Part shown: positions 63,893 to 64,000 of the stretch, in pieces | Layout of the letters: the number at the start of each line of letters is the position of its first letter | Position numbering within the stretch: position 1 is the stretch's first letter | From: Chrysomallon squamiferum | Lineage: Eukaryota > Animalia > Mollusca | Length of the DNA stretch: 64,000 nucleotides | Reading direction: 5' to 3' | Assembly: GCA_012295275.1 (NCBI GenBank) | Contig: CM022672.1 | Span: forward strand, 30,070,001 to 30,134,000 | Position numbers and translations under genes: made by a program | The notes under the pieces: model-generated | What the model saw: the letters and a program-made list of their open reading frames with translations, nothing else | Told to the model about the DNA's origin: nothing | Databases searched by the model: none

Positions 63893-64000
63893 CATTAATT
63901 CATTAAATTCAATTAAACCATAAATATAGACTGATGTGGCTACATCGGCACGAAACACCAGCTCAAATCGCTGGGTTTATATCTACTTCCAAAAAATAAT

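Overview
AT-rich, microsatellite-dense animal genomic DNA, probably from an invertebrate such as a mollusc (inferred from composition and gene structure, not proven). Contents from left to right: (1) a decayed Tx1-clade non-LTR retrotransposon ORF2 fragment (about 2.3-3.8 kb, minus strand). (2) A minus-strand tandem array of 10 tRNA-Asp(GTC) units (4.5-15.5 kb) with a 4-unit higher-order period. Five copies are intact, three carry an identical 18-nt deletion of the T-arm, one has a 1-nt deletion and one is interrupted. (3) Inside that array, a 1.6-kb polyadenylated, apparently 5'-complete Tx1-type retroelement that encodes only an intact ORF1 (zinc-knuckle Gag-like protein) and no ORF2. Its poly(A) tail is joined to nt 21 of a tRNA-Asp gene. 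This candidate tRNA-targeting 'half-Tx1' (HAL1-like) non-autonomous element is the most interesting object in the window. (4) An 8-exon gene for a 3-Ig-domain, probably GPI-anchored Lachesin/DIP/IgLON-like adhesion protein (minus strand, 27.5-47.7 kb). Two of its exon ends plus splice donors have each been amplified into an 8-donor tandem array. (5) A head-to-head pair of mitochondrial-protein genes, DNLZ (minus) and COQ4 (plus). Most other ORF-track entries are microsatellite artefacts. All exon boundaries were read by hand from GT-AG sites and phase continuity.
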